Part shown: positions 9,815 through 22,660 of the stretch, in pieces
How the letters are laid out: the number at the start of each line of letters is the position of its first letter
How positions within the stretch are numbered: position 1 is the first letter of the stretch
Origin: an uncultured delta proteobacterium
GTDB lineage: Bacteria > Myxococcota_A > Polyangia > Polyangiales > JAFGIB01
Assembly: GCA_963778655.1 (NCBI GenBank)
Contig: CAVZVA010000008.1
Coordinates: forward strand, 128,001 to 192,000
Reading direction: 5' to 3'
DNA length: 64,000 bases
Notes under the pieces: generated by a model
What the model was told of the DNA's origin: nothing
Databases searched by the model: none
What the model saw: the letters and a program-made list of their open reading frames with translations, nothing else
Made by a program: the position numbers and the translations under genes

Positions 9815-11353
9815 CTAGGGCCGGCAGTCGAGGTGCCGCCGCACCACGCGCAGCAGGTTATGCGCGGCGCCCGACGGATCGGCGTCGATCCAGGCGATCA
9901 TGATCTCGCCTTCGACCGAGACCGAGACGTAGGTTCGACCCTCGGCCAGCGTGGCTGGCCCGATCGGAAACGACACCAGTTTGCCGCCAGCGTCGCGGAT
10001 CACGTTGCCCTCCTTGGTCACGAAGGTCAGCCGCACCTCCGGCTCGGTGATGTCGCCGCCGGGCAGCGCGCGGTACGCCACCGCGTATCCGCCGCCCAGC
10101 GTGGCCAGCGACGCGCCCTGCGCGCGCAGCGGCGGCCCCACGATCGTGCGCTCGTCCGCCAGCGGCATGCCGTCCACGTCCAGGCGCCGGAAGCGCACCT
10201 GCGGATAGCCGTCGATCTCGATCGAGTAGATCGCCGCGCCGCCGTTGACCCGGTCCGCGAGCTCGATCGACGAGCTGGCCGCCACCTTGTCGGTGAGCTT
10301 GATCGGCACGTCGACCGCCGCGCCGTTCATGTTGAGCCGCTGCAGCCACACGCCGGGGTTCTCGAGCGGGCCGACCCAGCCGAGCGCGGCAGCGGCCTCG
10401 CCGATCTGCGACAGCGCGATCGACTGCGGCCGCTGGCCGTCGCTCTCCTTGACCACATCGTTGGGCTCGGCCGCGCCGTCGTCGAGCAGCTGCGTGGTGA
10501 TGCGGAAGCCGTCGGGCGTGACGCTCATGTCGTCGGTGATCCACGCCGCCAGCGGCCGGCCGGCCACCTCGCGCAGCACCGGCTTCTTCTCGAGCTGCTG
10601 CTGGTTGTCGGTCACCTGCCGCCGCATCTGCCCGTCGGGCACGTTCATGTCGAGGTCGAGCGCGAGCGTGTGCAGCTCGGCCATGTTGGTGAAGTTGTCG
10701 ACCCAGGCGACGCGCCAACCGTCGCTCTGCCCCAGCAGCGCCACGTCGGTCACCCGCTTGCAGTCCGGCAGCACCGAGTGCGGCTGCGGAAAGCCGGTGG
10801 TCGCCGGGATGTGCATCACGTCGATGTCCTGTGCGCAGCTGCCGCTGCCGAGGCCGCGGTAAGCCAGACCGAAGCCGGTCTGCCCCGGCACGAGCGAGAA
10901 GCCACCTTCGTCGCCGATGTCGACGTTCGTGCTGTAGGTGTCGTTCTCGGAAATGGCGCAGGTCGAAACGTCGATCTCGGGCACGTAGCGCATGAGCGCC
11001 GCGTCGATGTCGATGATATCGCCGTCGGGCAGCACGATCGCGCCGTCCGGCAGGATGAAGGTGCCGTCCGGCAAGTCGAGCGAGGCGTCGAGCCCGAGCA
11101 CGGCCGCGTCCATGGTCGCGCCCGCGGCGTCGAAGCCGAGGCCGCCGTCCATGCCCTTGCCGCCGTCGCCGGCTTGCGCCGCGTCGCTTGCGGTCGCTGC
11201 GTCGAGCCCGCCGCCGTCCTGGTCCTTGCGCTTGTCGACCGAGAAGAAGCTGTTGCTGTGCTTGCAGCCGGATTGCGCGAGCAGCGCGCAGGTGCACGCG
11301 ATCACTACGCCTGGTACCAAAGCCCGGAAGCTCGTTCCGTTGAACGCGCGCAC
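9815..11353 (-). CDS. Hypothetical secreted lipoprotein, probably beta-rich repeat
   Basis: 512-aa ORF with host codon usage, lipobox AQSGC, DAG-rich linker and repeated xxAWxD motifs. Confidence 0.65.
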   Translation of the reverse strand: MRAFNGTSFRALVPGVVIACTCALLAQSGCKHSNSFFSVDKRKDQDGGGLDAATASDAAQAGDGGKGMDGGLGFDAAGATMDAAVLGLDASLDLPDGTFILPDGAIVLPDGDIIDIDAALMRYVPEIDVSTCAISENDTYSTNVDIGDEGGFSLVPGQTGFGLAYRGLGSGSCAQDIDVMHIPATTGFPQPHSVLPDCKRVTDVALLGQSDGWRVAWVDNFTNMAELHTLALDLDMNVPDGQMRRQVTDNQQQLEKKPVLREVAGRPLAAWITDDMSVTPDGFRITTQLLDDGAAEPNDVVKESDGQRPQSIALSQIGEAAAALGWVGPLENPGVWLQRLNMNGAAVDVPIKLTDKVAASSSIELADRVNGGAAIYSIEIDGYPQVRFRRLDVDGMPLADERTIVGPPLRAQGASLATLGGGYAVAYRALPGGDITEPEVRLTFVTKEGNVIRDAGGKLVSFPIGPATLAEGRTYVSVSVEGEIMIAWIDADPSGAAHNLLRVVRRHLDCRP

Positions 11354-11583
11354 GCTTCAATTCTACACGCGTTGCCGCCCGCGACCATCATCACGCGCAT
11401 CCTGCGCGCCGCGCGTAGCGCTGCGCGCGCACACTCTGTGCGAAGCACGCGGCTGTGCACACAACGTGGGTTGGCTGAAGCGGCCATGGCGCGGCGTTGC
11501 TTCCACGCGCGCGCTGCGACCCGGGTGCGACACGCATAACGCCTGTGCCGGAGTCTGGCCGCGCGTGCCGGAGCACGGCTATC

Positions 11584-14500
11584 ATGGTGTCCTTGACGGG
11601 TGCGCGGCGCGACCAGGACCGCGTGGCCGCCGCCGCGCGCGCGCGGCGCGCAGCGGCCGTGCACGCTTTCGCACCGCGCGTGCTGGCTCTGCTCGTCGCG
11701 CTCGCCGTCGCGGGCCAGCCGCGGCTCGCGCGCGCGGCACCCGATGCGTTTGGCTTCGGCGATGGTCACTGGGGCCCGCTGGTGGTGGACAAGCCCGGCT
11801 ACACGCTCAACCGCAGCGCGCGCGTCGAGCTCGCGGTCTCCGCCGGCGACAGCGCGATCTCGGTCGCCGATCCGAGCGTGTTCATCAAGGGCGACCTGGT
11901 GATGGTCTGGCAGGCGACCGGGCTGTCGCCGGCGCCGGCTTCGGGCAATCCCGACACGCCGGTCGATCTGACCAGCAGCGCAGTGGGCCGCTTCGAGCTT
12001 GCGCGCGTGGTCGCAGTGCAGGGCAACCAGCTGCTGCTGCAGGCACCGCTACAGACCGGCTTCGACGCCGGGGTCACGCAGGCGGTGAGCGTGCCGGAGC
12101 TGAGCAGCCTGCAGGTGCAGGGCGGCGGCAGCATCGTGGCGCCGCCGTGGAACGAGAGCGAGAAGACCGGCGGCATCGTGGCCTTCTTCGTCGCCGGCCC
12201 GGTGGTGATCGACGGCGTGATCAGCGCCAGCGGCGCCGGCTTGCCCGGCGGCGCGTACGCCGACGACGGTCCGGGGCAGAACTTCGGCTGCAGCGCGCTC
12301 GATCTCGCGCCGACCTCGGGCGCGCAGCGCGGCGCGGGCGTCGCGGCTGCGGCCAACTTCGGCAGCGGCCGCGGCAATCTCGCCGACGGCGGCGGCGGGG
12401 GGGTGTGCCAGGGCGCGGGCGGCGGCGGCGGCGGCCACGCCGGCGGCGGCGGTCAGGGCGGCAACAGCGCGCCGGCCGACGCCAGCCGCGACGTGGGCGG
12501 GCTGGGCGGCGCGGTGCTGGCGTACAGCTCGCTGCTCTCGCAGCTCACACTGGGCGGCGGCGGTGGCGCCGGTCACGGCAGTCACGGCGGCGGCAGCAGC
12601 GGCGGCGCCGGCGGCGGCGTCGTGTTCATGCGCGCGGCCTCGCTCGCCGGCGGGGGTGTGATTCTGGCCAACGGCGAGCGTCCGGCGGGCGCCTTCGGCG
12701 ACGGCGCGGGCGGCGGCGGCGCGGGCGGCAGTGTGCTGCTGCAGCTGGCGGGCAGCGCAGTGTGCGACGTCTCGGCGGCGGGCGGTGCCGGCGGCGACAC
12801 CGACGCCGACTTCGGCACCGGCGGCGGCGGCGGCGGCGGGCGCGTGCTGGTGCAGGCCCAAGACAGCAGCGGGTCCACGCTCGACGTGAGCGGGGGTGCG
12901 GCCGGCGCCGGCGCATCCGCGCTGGCCTTTGCGGCCCAGCCCGGCGCCAGCGGGGGCTTCGACACCGCGAGCGGTGCGCTGGTGATCGATCACGACGGCG
13001 ACGGGGTGTGGGACGCGTTCGAGGGTGCGGCCGATGCCGACGGCGACACCACGCCCAACTACCTCGACGACGACGACGACGGCGACGGCGTGCCGACGCG
13101 CAACGAAGGCGCGGGCAACGGCGATCCGAGCAGCGCGCGCGACAGCGATGGCAACGGCGTGCCCGATTATCTGGATGCCGACGACGACGGCGACGGGGTG
13201 CCGACGCGCAACGAAGCCGCGGGCGACGGTAGCGCGGGCGTGGCGCGCGACAGCGATGGCAACGGCGTGCCCGACTATCGCGACCCCGACGACGACGGCG
13301 ACGGGGTGCCGACGCTGCGCGAGAGCGCGGGCGACGGCAGCGCGGGCATGGCGCGCGACAGCGACGGCAATGGCGTGCCCGACTATCGCGACCCCGACGA
13401 CGACGGCGACGGGGTGCCCACGCGTAACGAGGCCGCGGGCGACGGCAGCCCCGGGGTGGCGCGCGACAGCGACGGCGACGGGGTGCCGGACTATCTGGAC
13501 GCCGACGACGACGGCGACGGGGTGCCCACGCTGAACGAAGCGGCGGGCGACGGCAGCGCGGGCGTGGCACGCGACAGCGACGGCAACGGGGTGCCGGACT
13601 ATCTGGACGCCGACGACGACGGCGACGGCGTGCCCACCAAGATCGAGCGCGCGACCGCGGCCGACAGCGACGGCAACGGGGTGCCGGACTATCTGGATGC
13701 CGACGACGACGGCGACGGCGTGCCCACCAAACAGGAGCGCGCCGGCGGCGCGAACACCGATACCGACGGCGACGGCACGCCCGACTACCTGGACGCCGAC
13801 GACGACGGCGACGGGCTGCTCAGCCGCCTGGAGGATTCTCGACGGCAACGGCACGCCCGCTGACGACGACAGCGACGGCGACCACAAGCCCAACTACCTG
13901 GACGCCGACGACGATGGTGACGGGCTGTTGACCGCCGAGGAGTCCGCGGACCCCAACCACGACGGCGACCCGGCCGACGCGCGCAACACCGACCTCGACG
14001 TGAGCCCGGACTATCTGGACGCCGACGACGACGGCGACGGGGTGCCCACCGCGGCCGAGCACGCCGACCTGAACGCCGACGGCAAACCCAGCGACGCGCA
14101 GGACGCAGACGGCGATCACACCCCTGACTACCTCGACAGCGACGACGACGGCGACGGCCTGCTCACCGAGAGCGAGCGGCCGGGCAATAAGGACCAGGAC
14201 AGCGACGGCGACGGCACGTCCGACTATCTCGATGCGGACGACGACGGCGATGGCCTGCCCACGCGCGAGGAGGCGCCCGACCCGAACGGCGACGGCATGC
14301 CGGAGGACGCGCGCGACAGCGACGGCGATCACACGCCCGACTACCTCGACAGCGACGACGACGGCGATGCCATCCCGACCGCCGCGGAGCTGGCCGACGC
14401 GCAGCGCTACGGCGACGACGTCGACCACGACGGAACGCCCAACTGGCTCGACGACGACAGCGACGGCGACGGTGTGTCAGACGCGCTCGAGGCGCAGGAC

Positions 14501-15781
14501 GGCGGCGACCAGAACCACGACGGCGTGCCCGACTACCTCGACCCGAGCTTCGCCGCCGGCAGCGGCGACCAGGATGGGGACGGCGTGCCCGATCGTCTCG
14601 AGTGCCCCGACCAGAACGCGTGCCCCGACAGCGACGGCGACGGCACGCCCGACTACCTGGACGCCGACGATGACGGCGACGGCGTGCCGACCCGCGCCGA
14701 GGACCCGCTGACCCCGCGCGACACCGACGGCGACGGCACGCCCGACTACCTGGACGCCGACGACGACGGCGATGGCCTGAGCACGGCGAGCGAGCGTCCG
14801 GGCGGGCGCGACCGCGACACCGACAAGGACGGCACGCCCGATCGCCTCGACGCGGACGACGACGGCGACGGGATTGACACCGCGGTCGAGCTCGCCGACG
14901 GCGCGCAGTTCGGCTTCGACGTGGACGGCGACGGCTTGCCCGACGAGCGCGACACCGACAGCGACGGTGACGGCTTTTCCGACCAAGACGAGGGCCGTGA
15001 CGACAACAACGGTAACGGCGTACCGGCGTATCTCGATCCCACCGAGGTGCTCGGCGACACTGATCGGGACGGCGTGCCGGACGCGCGCGAGTGCCCGATG
15101 ATGCTGCACTGTCCGGACAGCGACGGCGACGGCACGCCCGACTACCTGGACACCGACGACGACGGCGATGGCGTGCCCACGCCTGCCGAGCGGCCGGGCG
15201 GCAAGGACGTCGACAGCGACGGCGACGGCACGCCCGACTACCTGGACACCGACGACGACGGCGACAGCATTCCGACCCTAGCGGAGCGGCCCGACGGGCA
15301 GGACCAGGACAGCGACGGCGACGGCACGCCCGACTATCTCGATGCAGACGACGACGGCGACGGCGTGCTCACGCGCGACGAGCGCAACGGCCAGGCCGAT
15401 CAGGACAGCGACGGCGACGGCATCCCGGACTACCTGGACACCGACGACGACGGCGATTCGATCACGACCAAGCTCGAGGTCGAGGACAGCAAGAAGTTCG
15501 GGCCGGACGTCGATGGCGACGAGATCCCGAGCTATCTCGACACCGATTCCGACGCCGACGGGCTCACCGATCGCCAGGAAGGCCGGCGCGACAGCAGCGG
15601 CACCGGGCGACCCGACTACCTGACACCGGGCGCGCTCTCCGGCGGTGCGCTGTGCGCGGCCCGGCCCGGCGGCGCGCCGCGGCCCACCGCCTCGGGGGGT
15701 GGCGCGGGATGGCTGCTGCTCGCGCTGTGCGCGTGGCGCGCGCGCAGGCGCCAGAGATCAGGCGCCCGACTCAGGCGTTAG
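11584..15781 (+). CDS. Gly-rich AgmC-like adhesin with about 25 TSP3-like Ca-binding repeats and a MYXO-CTERM-like anchor (one frameshift near 13830)
   Basis: Signal peptide then APDAFGFGDG and GGGGG-rich region; DxDGDGxPDYLDxDDDGDG repeats in both ORF halves (11497-13863 and 13697-15781); C-terminal GGALCA...GWLLLALCAWRARRR. Confidence 0.75.
13072..13611 (+). repeat. Five near-identical 108-bp (36-aa) coding tandem repeats
   Basis: GACGACGACGGCGACGG unit starts recur at 13072, 13180, 13288, 13396, 13504 and 13612. Confidence 0.85.
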
Positions 15782-15812
15782 TACCTCGACCCAGGAAGGC
15801 CGGCCGCGCGCC

Positions 15813-17120
15813 TCACTTCGGCATGAACACCTCGCACGGGAAGCTCGCCTTCAGCTGCTCCGAGGGCGCGCTCAAGAACTCCGCGCACACGTCTCCGACC
15901 AGCTCGATCGTGCCTGGGTCGACCAGGTGCCAGCCGTTCGGCATCGACGCCGGGGCGCCGTCGCAAGTCCAGTTGCCGTTGCCGGTGGGGTCCGGCACGC
16001 AGCACGGCAGCGGGTTGCCATTGAGCTCCACCTTGCCCATGCACTCGAGGCCGACCTTGACCTGGCCGTTGAGGGACACGTTGCACCCCACCGCGCCTCC
16101 CAGCAGGCCAGCCAGTGTCTTGACCAGCTCGTCCGGGTTGCTCGGGGTGAAGGTGTGGGCCATCGGATTGCCGGGATCGCCGTGCTTGGCGACCTCGTCG
16201 AGGTGCATCTGCAGCGTCGCGTCATCGGCCAGGCTGATCACCCAGGTGGTGATGCCGGCCGCGGCGCCGCGGTCCGCGGCCGCCAGCACCAGTGGCCTGA
16301 CGTCAGTGTTCATGCCGCCGGTGCAGATGTCATTGGGGGTGCCGTCGGTCGCCAGGATCACGTAGGTCGGGCTCTGCGCCTTCTGGTCCGGCGCCTGGTT
16401 CTGGCGCATCGCGATCAGCATGTCCATGACGTGGCTGAGCGCCTTGTCGGTTGGGGTCGAGCCGCCGATCTCCATCATCGGGAACATGCTATCGAGCGCC
16501 GCCGCGTTGTTGAGCGCGGGCGGCACTTCCACCAGGTGCGGGCAATCGGTGACGTTGTCGGGCACCGTGGCGCCTGCCGCGCACTCGGGGTTCTCGGGCG
16601 TGCCGGGCATGGCCGGCGGCATCCCGCCCGCGAAGAACGCGGTGGGATCGATCGTGCCGTCGTAGATCGTGGCGCCGAACGAGACCGAATCCTGCAACCG
16701 ATAGACCAGGCCGTTGGTCGGGTCGAGCAGCGCGGTGCGCAGCGCCTGCCAGCGCGTGGCGCCACCCAGGTCCGCGCACATACTGGCCGAGCCATCGACC
16801 ACGAACACGATCGTCGGCATGTTCTTGGACACGTTGACGAGCGCGCTGGCGCACTCGCCCATCCTGAGCCCCGCATCGGAGATGCCGCTCGTCACCGGAT
16901 GCGTGGCCGGTGCCGCCGGCGGGTTCATGGCGTTGCCGAAGGTGCCGGCGCTGCCCGAGACCCCGCTCCCGAGCTGCGAGGCGCTTCCTCCGCCTCCGGT
17001 GCTCGGGCTGGTCGAAGGTAGGTTCCTACCCGTGTCTCCGCTACCGCTGCTGCCGCACGCCAACAGAAGTCCGGTGCAGCAGCTCGCTACCATGAGCCTG
17101 CGCGACGCAGCTCCTCTCAT
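15813..17120 (-). CDS. vWA-domain lipoprotein (CglB-like family)
   Basis: Lipobox LLLAC; MIDAS IVFVVDGSASM, GGSTPT, VILATDGTPN; Cys-rich tail. Confidence 0.75.
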   Translation of the reverse strand: MRGAASRRLMVASCCTGLLLACGSSGSGDTGRNLPSTSPSTGGGGSASQLGSGVSGSAGTFGNAMNPPAAPATHPVTSGISDAGLRMGECASALVNVSKNMPTIVFVVDGSASMCADLGGATRWQALRTALLDPTNGLVYRLQDSVSFGATIYDGTIDPTAFFAGGMPPAMPGTPENPECAAGATVPDNVTDCPHLVEVPPALNNAAALDSMFPMMEIGGSTPTDKALSHVMDMLIAMRQNQAPDQKAQSPTYVILATDGTPNDICTGGMNTDVRPLVLAAADRGAAAGITTWVISLADDATLQMHLDEVAKHGDPGNPMAHTFTPSNPDELVKTLAGLLGGAVGCNVSLNGQVKVGLECMGKVELNGNPLPCCVPDPTGNGNWTCDGAPASMPNGWHLVDPGTIELVGDVCAEFLSAPSEQLKASFPCEVFMPK

Positions 17121-17304
17121 CGCACCACCTCCGCATTCCTGTGCAAACCACCACGGCTCACCTTAGCGCACAGGCCGCACCGTGCGCAGCCGTTTACAGC
17201 GTAAAACTCGTGCGCCACCCCGGCCGAAATGCGCCATGGCCGCGGGCAAGTGTCCACGCTGCTTGCGCCGTGAGCGAAACGGACAACCACCGGTCCGCGT
17301 GCGC

Positions 17305-18429
17305 TCAGCACGTAGGCCGGCGCGAGGACCAGACGCTATTACTCGCGCCGGGAGGCGCTCGCGGGATCGACGGCTCGCAGGCCAGCGGGCGCGCGGGCTT
17401 GAACGGCATCTGCCAGGAGCACCACTGCGGCACGAAGCGCGCGATCGCAGCAGCGTCGTCGATCAGCGTGGTCTTGAGCGCGAGCATGGTCGCGCGCGAG
17501 GGCTGCTCGCGCAGCAGCGATGCGAGCGCGAAGCGCACCATCACCCCGTCGAGCACGGCTCGGCGCCGGCCCGAGAGCTGCACGCGCGCGCTGAGCGCCT
17601 GCGCGGTCGGGTTGCCCAGCTCGCCCAGCGTGCGCAGCGAGGTGTAGAGCGCGCTGCGCGCGCGCCAGAGGCCGGCGCGCCGCAGCGCGGCCTCGGCGTC
17701 GGCCTGCTGCAGCAGCAGCTGCAGCTCGAGGTACGACGAAGGCGGCAGGTGATAGCCCTTGACGGTCTGGTTGATGCAGTGCACGAGCAGCGCGTCGGTG
17801 CGCTCGAGCACGAGCAGGCCCGGCGCGAACGTGCACGGCTCGGCGCGCTCGAACAGCTGCTCGTGATCGATCGCCATGCGCGCGGGCTGCAGCAGCGCGT
17901 GGTGCAGGTCGAGCGCCACGCCGTCTTTGCAGAACTTGCGCTCGTGCATCAGCTTGCAGGCGCGATCTGCGAGGAAGCCGGCCGCGAGCAGCGCCTGCTC
18001 CGCGGCGCCGAGCTCGGCTTCCGGCACCAGCAGGTCGACGTCCGCCATCGGGCGCGCGCCCAGCTCGCCGTACAGGCGCTCGAGGTAGTCTTGGCCCTTG
18101 TAGACGATCGCGCGCACGCCGGCCGCGCGCAGTGCCGCCGCCGCTTGCAGCAACACGCCGCGCAGCGGGAAGTTATTCGCCAGCGCTTCCATGTAGCGAT
18201 GGATTTCGGCGCTGCCCGGCGCGCGCCCCGCACGGCGTGCCAGCACGCAGCCGTAGGCGCTCAGCTCCAGCTCCTCAAACAAGGACGCGTCGATCTGCGT
18301 CGGATCGATCGCGTGCTGGCGCAGCAGCGCGGACAGGGCATGGCGCGCGGAGGCCTTGGCCGGGTGCCCCTCATGACCTGTCTGGGCCCCTGGTTTTGGG
18401 CCCCCTATGAACTGCGACAGCGGATTCAT
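17305..18429 (-). CDS. Nucleotidyltransferase family protein (uncharacterised NTP_transf_5-like)
   Basis: YKG...LYG..GARPMADVDLLV and LDLHH motifs typical of this family. Confidence 0.7.
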   Translation of the reverse strand: MNPLSQFIGGPKPGAQTGHEGHPAKASARHALSALLRQHAIDPTQIDASLFEELELSAYGCVLARRAGRAPGSAEIHRYMEALANNFPLRGVLLQAAAALRAAGVRAIVYKGQDYLERLYGELGARPMADVDLLVPEAELGAAEQALLAAGFLADRACKLMHERKFCKDGVALDLHHALLQPARMAIDHEQLFERAEPCTFAPGLLVLERTDALLVHCINQTVKGYHLPPSSYLELQLLLQQADAEAALRRAGLWRARSALYTSLRTLGELGNPTAQALSARVQLSGRRRAVLDGVMVRFALASLLREQPSRATMLALKTTLIDDAAAIARFVPQWCSWQMPFKPARPLACEPSIPRAPPGASNSVWSSRRPTC

Positions 18430-18563
18430 CTACTGCTACTAGAAACAATGGTAGCAGAAGAAACCGCTCTAGACGGAAGCTAGATTGCAATTATTCGTTA
18501 TGTGTAGAATATGCAGAGGCCAGGACGTGCTTCTATCTAGCTGGGATCACTAGAGAAGCTCGA

Positions 18564-20042
<1,479 letters not shown>

Positions 20043-20125
20043 CGCGCAAGCCTAGGCGACCCCCACCCAAACTGCACGCCGGCCACAACCACGACTTGGG
20101 GGCGGGCGGCCGCAGCTCTGGGCCC

Positions 20126-20863
20126 TCAGCGCACGTTGTGCATCATCCGCGACCAGCGCAGGCCGTCTTCGCCGTTGGACCAGTAGATGCTGAGCGCCCT
20201 GCCTTTGATGCGGGTGACCGGAATCGCGCCGACCGCCGGGTTGCGGCTGTCGTTGCTGCTGTCGCGGTGGTCGCCGAGCACGTAGATGCAGTTGGGCGGC
20301 ACGTGGACCGGCAGCGGATCGAAGGATATTCGCGAGGTGCTGGTGAGAAAGGTCTTTTCGCCGACCTTCGATTCGTACCAGTGGCATCTGGGGTTGAGCG
20401 AGCCGGTTCCGGTCTGGCAGCGCCCGACGTCGAGCCGGGGCAGCGGCTTGCCGTTGCGGTACACGATGTCGTCGTGCATCTCGATCACGTCGCCGCCCAC
20501 GCCGATCACGCGCTTGACGATGTCGACGCCGTCGGCCGGGCTCTTGATGATCACCACGTCGCCCACGTTGGGGCTGCCCCAGTTGAGGTCGGCGTGATCG
20601 CGCAGCGGCAAGAACAGCCCGTACATGAACTTCGCCACCACCACGCGGTCGCCGTTGAGCAGCGTCGGCTCCATCGAGGGTCCCTCAATCTCGAACGCCT
20701 CGAACAGGCAGGTACGGATCACCAGCGCCAGCAGCACCGCGCCGCCGATCGTGCGCAGGTTCTGCGAGATCTTGTCCCAGCGCGTCTCGTTCACGCTGGC
20801 GCGGGTGGCCGCGCTGCGCTCGGCGGCTTCGGCCTCATCGGCGTCCTTGCCTGGTTGGTTCAT
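20126..20863 (-). CDS. lepB: Signal peptidase I
   Basis: SMEPTL..GDR, IVKRVIG and GDHRDSSNDSR boxes. Confidence 0.93.
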   Translation of the reverse strand: MNQPGKDADEAEAAERSAATRASVNETRWDKISQNLRTIGGAVLLALVIRTCLFEAFEIEGPSMEPTLLNGDRVVVAKFMYGLFLPLRDHADLNWGSPNVGDVVIIKSPADGVDIVKRVIGVGGDVIEMHDDIVYRNGKPLPRLDVGRCQTGTGSLNPRCHWYESKVGEKTFLTSTSRISFDPLPVHVPPNCIYVLGDHRDSSNDSRNPAVGAIPVTRIKGRALSIYWSNGEDGLRWSRMMHNVR

Positions 20864-21447
20864 CCGTGTACCGTGGGACCGAGCGGGAGCCGGTCGGCGA
20901 TGGCCGCCTCGCGCTCGGCCAGTGCGCACAGCCGCGCGCGGCTGTCGGCCGCCCCGAAGCACTCGGCCGCGAGCGACGAAAACAAGGTGAAGTGGCGTGC
21001 CTCGGCCGCCATCAGCCCAGCGTACAGGCCGCGCAGCGCGGTGTCGCGCAGGCGTTCGGACAGCAGCCGGAAGCGCTCGCACGAGCGGCCTTCGACCAGC
21101 GCCGCCACCAGCAGCCGGTCGAGCAGCGCCGGCCGGGCGTCCTCGCGGTCGCGGCGCGCCGCCGCGCGCAGCTGCACCACGTAGTCGTCGGGCCGCGGCA
21201 GACCCAGTCGCGCGCCGCGCGCGCGCAGCCGGCCCTGCACATCGGCGAAGTGCCGGCTCTCCTCGCGCGCCAGCGCGCACAGCGGCTCGACGAGCTGGGG
21301 GGCCTCGCCGCCGTGGCGGCCGACCAGGCTCAGCGCGCTTTGCGCGGCCTTGAGCTCGCAGTGCGCGTGATCGCTGAGCAGCCCGTCGAGATCGGCTTCG
21401 GCGGAGTGTACCCAGGCCGGGTCCGTCGGCTTGAGCAGGCCGAGCAT
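20860..21447 (-). CDS. miaE: tRNA-(ms2io6A) hydroxylase
   Basis: DHAHCELKAA, REESRHF, EGRSCERF and EARH di-iron motifs. Confidence 0.9.
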   Translation of the reverse strand: MLGLLKPTDPAWVHSAEADLDGLLSDHAHCELKAAQSALSLVGRHGGEAPQLVEPLCALAREESRHFADVQGRLRARGARLGLPRPDDYVVQLRAAARRDREDARPALLDRLLVAALVEGRSCERFRLLSERLRDTALRGLYAGLMAAEARHFTLFSSLAAECFGAADSRARLCALAEREAAIADRLPLGPTVHG

Positions 21448-21547
21448 CTCAGCGCTCGCCGCCGCCGAAGGCGCGCTCGGCTGCGCTGGCGCGGCTCGCC
21501 CGAGATTCCGGGAGCGTCGCGGCTCGGTGTACCCTGCCTGCGAACAT

Positions 21548-22528
21548 ATGCGGCGGAACCTATTGGCAGCGGGCGGCTTGGTCAAGCAACGAGAGCCGGG
21601 GAGCGCTTCCCCGGCCCATATAAAGGCGACCCGTGGCATTTTGGGACTGTGCGCCGCGCTGGTCGCGGCCTGCGCAGCCGCGCCGCTGCCGCCGCCACGC
21701 GAGCCCAGCTTCGGCCCGCGCGTGGCCGAGTGCATCGACGTGCCGCGACCGCTCAATGACACGGCCCAGGCCCGCATGCTGGTGGTGGAGGCAGGACCGG
21801 CGGTCGAGGGCTCGAGCGAGCAGGAGCGCGCGCAGGCGCGGCTCGATTACGGCCCCGGCGGGCAGACGCTGTTCCGCGACGAGGCCGCGGCGCGGCGCGC
21901 CTACGTGGAGGGCTTTCGCATGGACAGGAGCCCCGTCACCCAGGAGCTCTACGCCGAGTTCGTGGCCGCCTGCGGCGTGTTTCCCCCGGCCGCCGACACG
22001 CTCGACGCTGCGCACTGGCAGGCCCTGCGCAAGCGCTTCGGGCTGCGCCACGACTACGCGCAGCTGCAGCGCTTCCTGTGGAGCGACCGCAGGCCGCCGC
22101 CCGAGCGCGGGCGCCATCCCATGGTGCTGGTGAGCGCGGACGAGGCTGGCTTCTACTGCGCCTGGCGCGGCGCGCGGCTGCCGCGCGAGGACGAGTGGGA
22201 GCGCGCGGCGCGCGGGCCCACCGGCCGGATCTACCCGTGGGGCAGCCGCTTCGATCCGTTTCGCGTCGATGGCGCGCAGCGCGGAGACGGCGACACGCTC
22301 GAGGTCGGCTCGCTGCCGCAGGGCAACACGCCCGAGGGCTTCACCGACATGGGCGGGCTGGTGTTCGAGTGGACCAGCACCCCCTGGCCCGCCCGCCGTG
22401 GCTACCGCGTGGTCAAGGGCAACGGCTGGGACGGCCGCGGTGGCTACGGCCGCGGCGCCGCCCGCCAAGCCCGCCCAGCCGAGGCCAAGGACATCACCCT
22501 CGGCTTCCGCTGCGCCGCCGACCTGTAG
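21548..22528 (+). CDS. Formylglycine-generating-enzyme (SUMF1/FGE-sulfatase) domain protein
   Basis: RLPREDEWERAARG, YPWG, DMGGLVFEW, GFRCA. Start uncertain. Confidence 0.85.
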   Translation: MRRNLLAAGGLVKQREPGSASPAHIKATRGILGLCAALVAACAAAPLPPPREPSFGPRVAECIDVPRPLNDTAQARMLVVEAGPAVEGSSEQERAQARLDYGPGGQTLFRDEAAARRAYVEGFRMDRSPVTQELYAEFVAACGVFPPAADTLDAAHWQALRKRFGLRHDYAQLQRFLWSDRRPPPERGRHPMVLVSADEAGFYCAWRGARLPREDEWERAARGPTGRIYPWGSRFDPFRVDGAQRGDGDTLEVGSLPQGNTPEGFTDMGGLVFEWTSTPWPARRGYRVVKGNGWDGRGGYGRGAARQARPAEAKDITLGFRCAADL

Positions 22529-22660
22529 CCACGCGTCCCCGCACGTGTCCTCGCAGTCGTAGTCGTGATCGTTCTCGTAGTCGTAGTCGAACCGCAGTCG
22601 AACCCCCCGCCGCCGCCGCAAGCGTGGCCGCCGCCGCACCCATCCGCTACGCTCCCCCGC

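Noticed and set aside
1744..9818. Long alternative-frame and antisense ORFs (e.g. 1744-3837, 5847-7865, 7684-9711)
   Set aside because: Arg/Ala/Gly-rich shadow ORFs are expected in high-GC DNA overlapping real genes.
13020..15620. CRISPR-like periodic repeats
   Set aside because: These are in-frame Asp/Gly coding repeats without unique spacers, and no cas genes are present.
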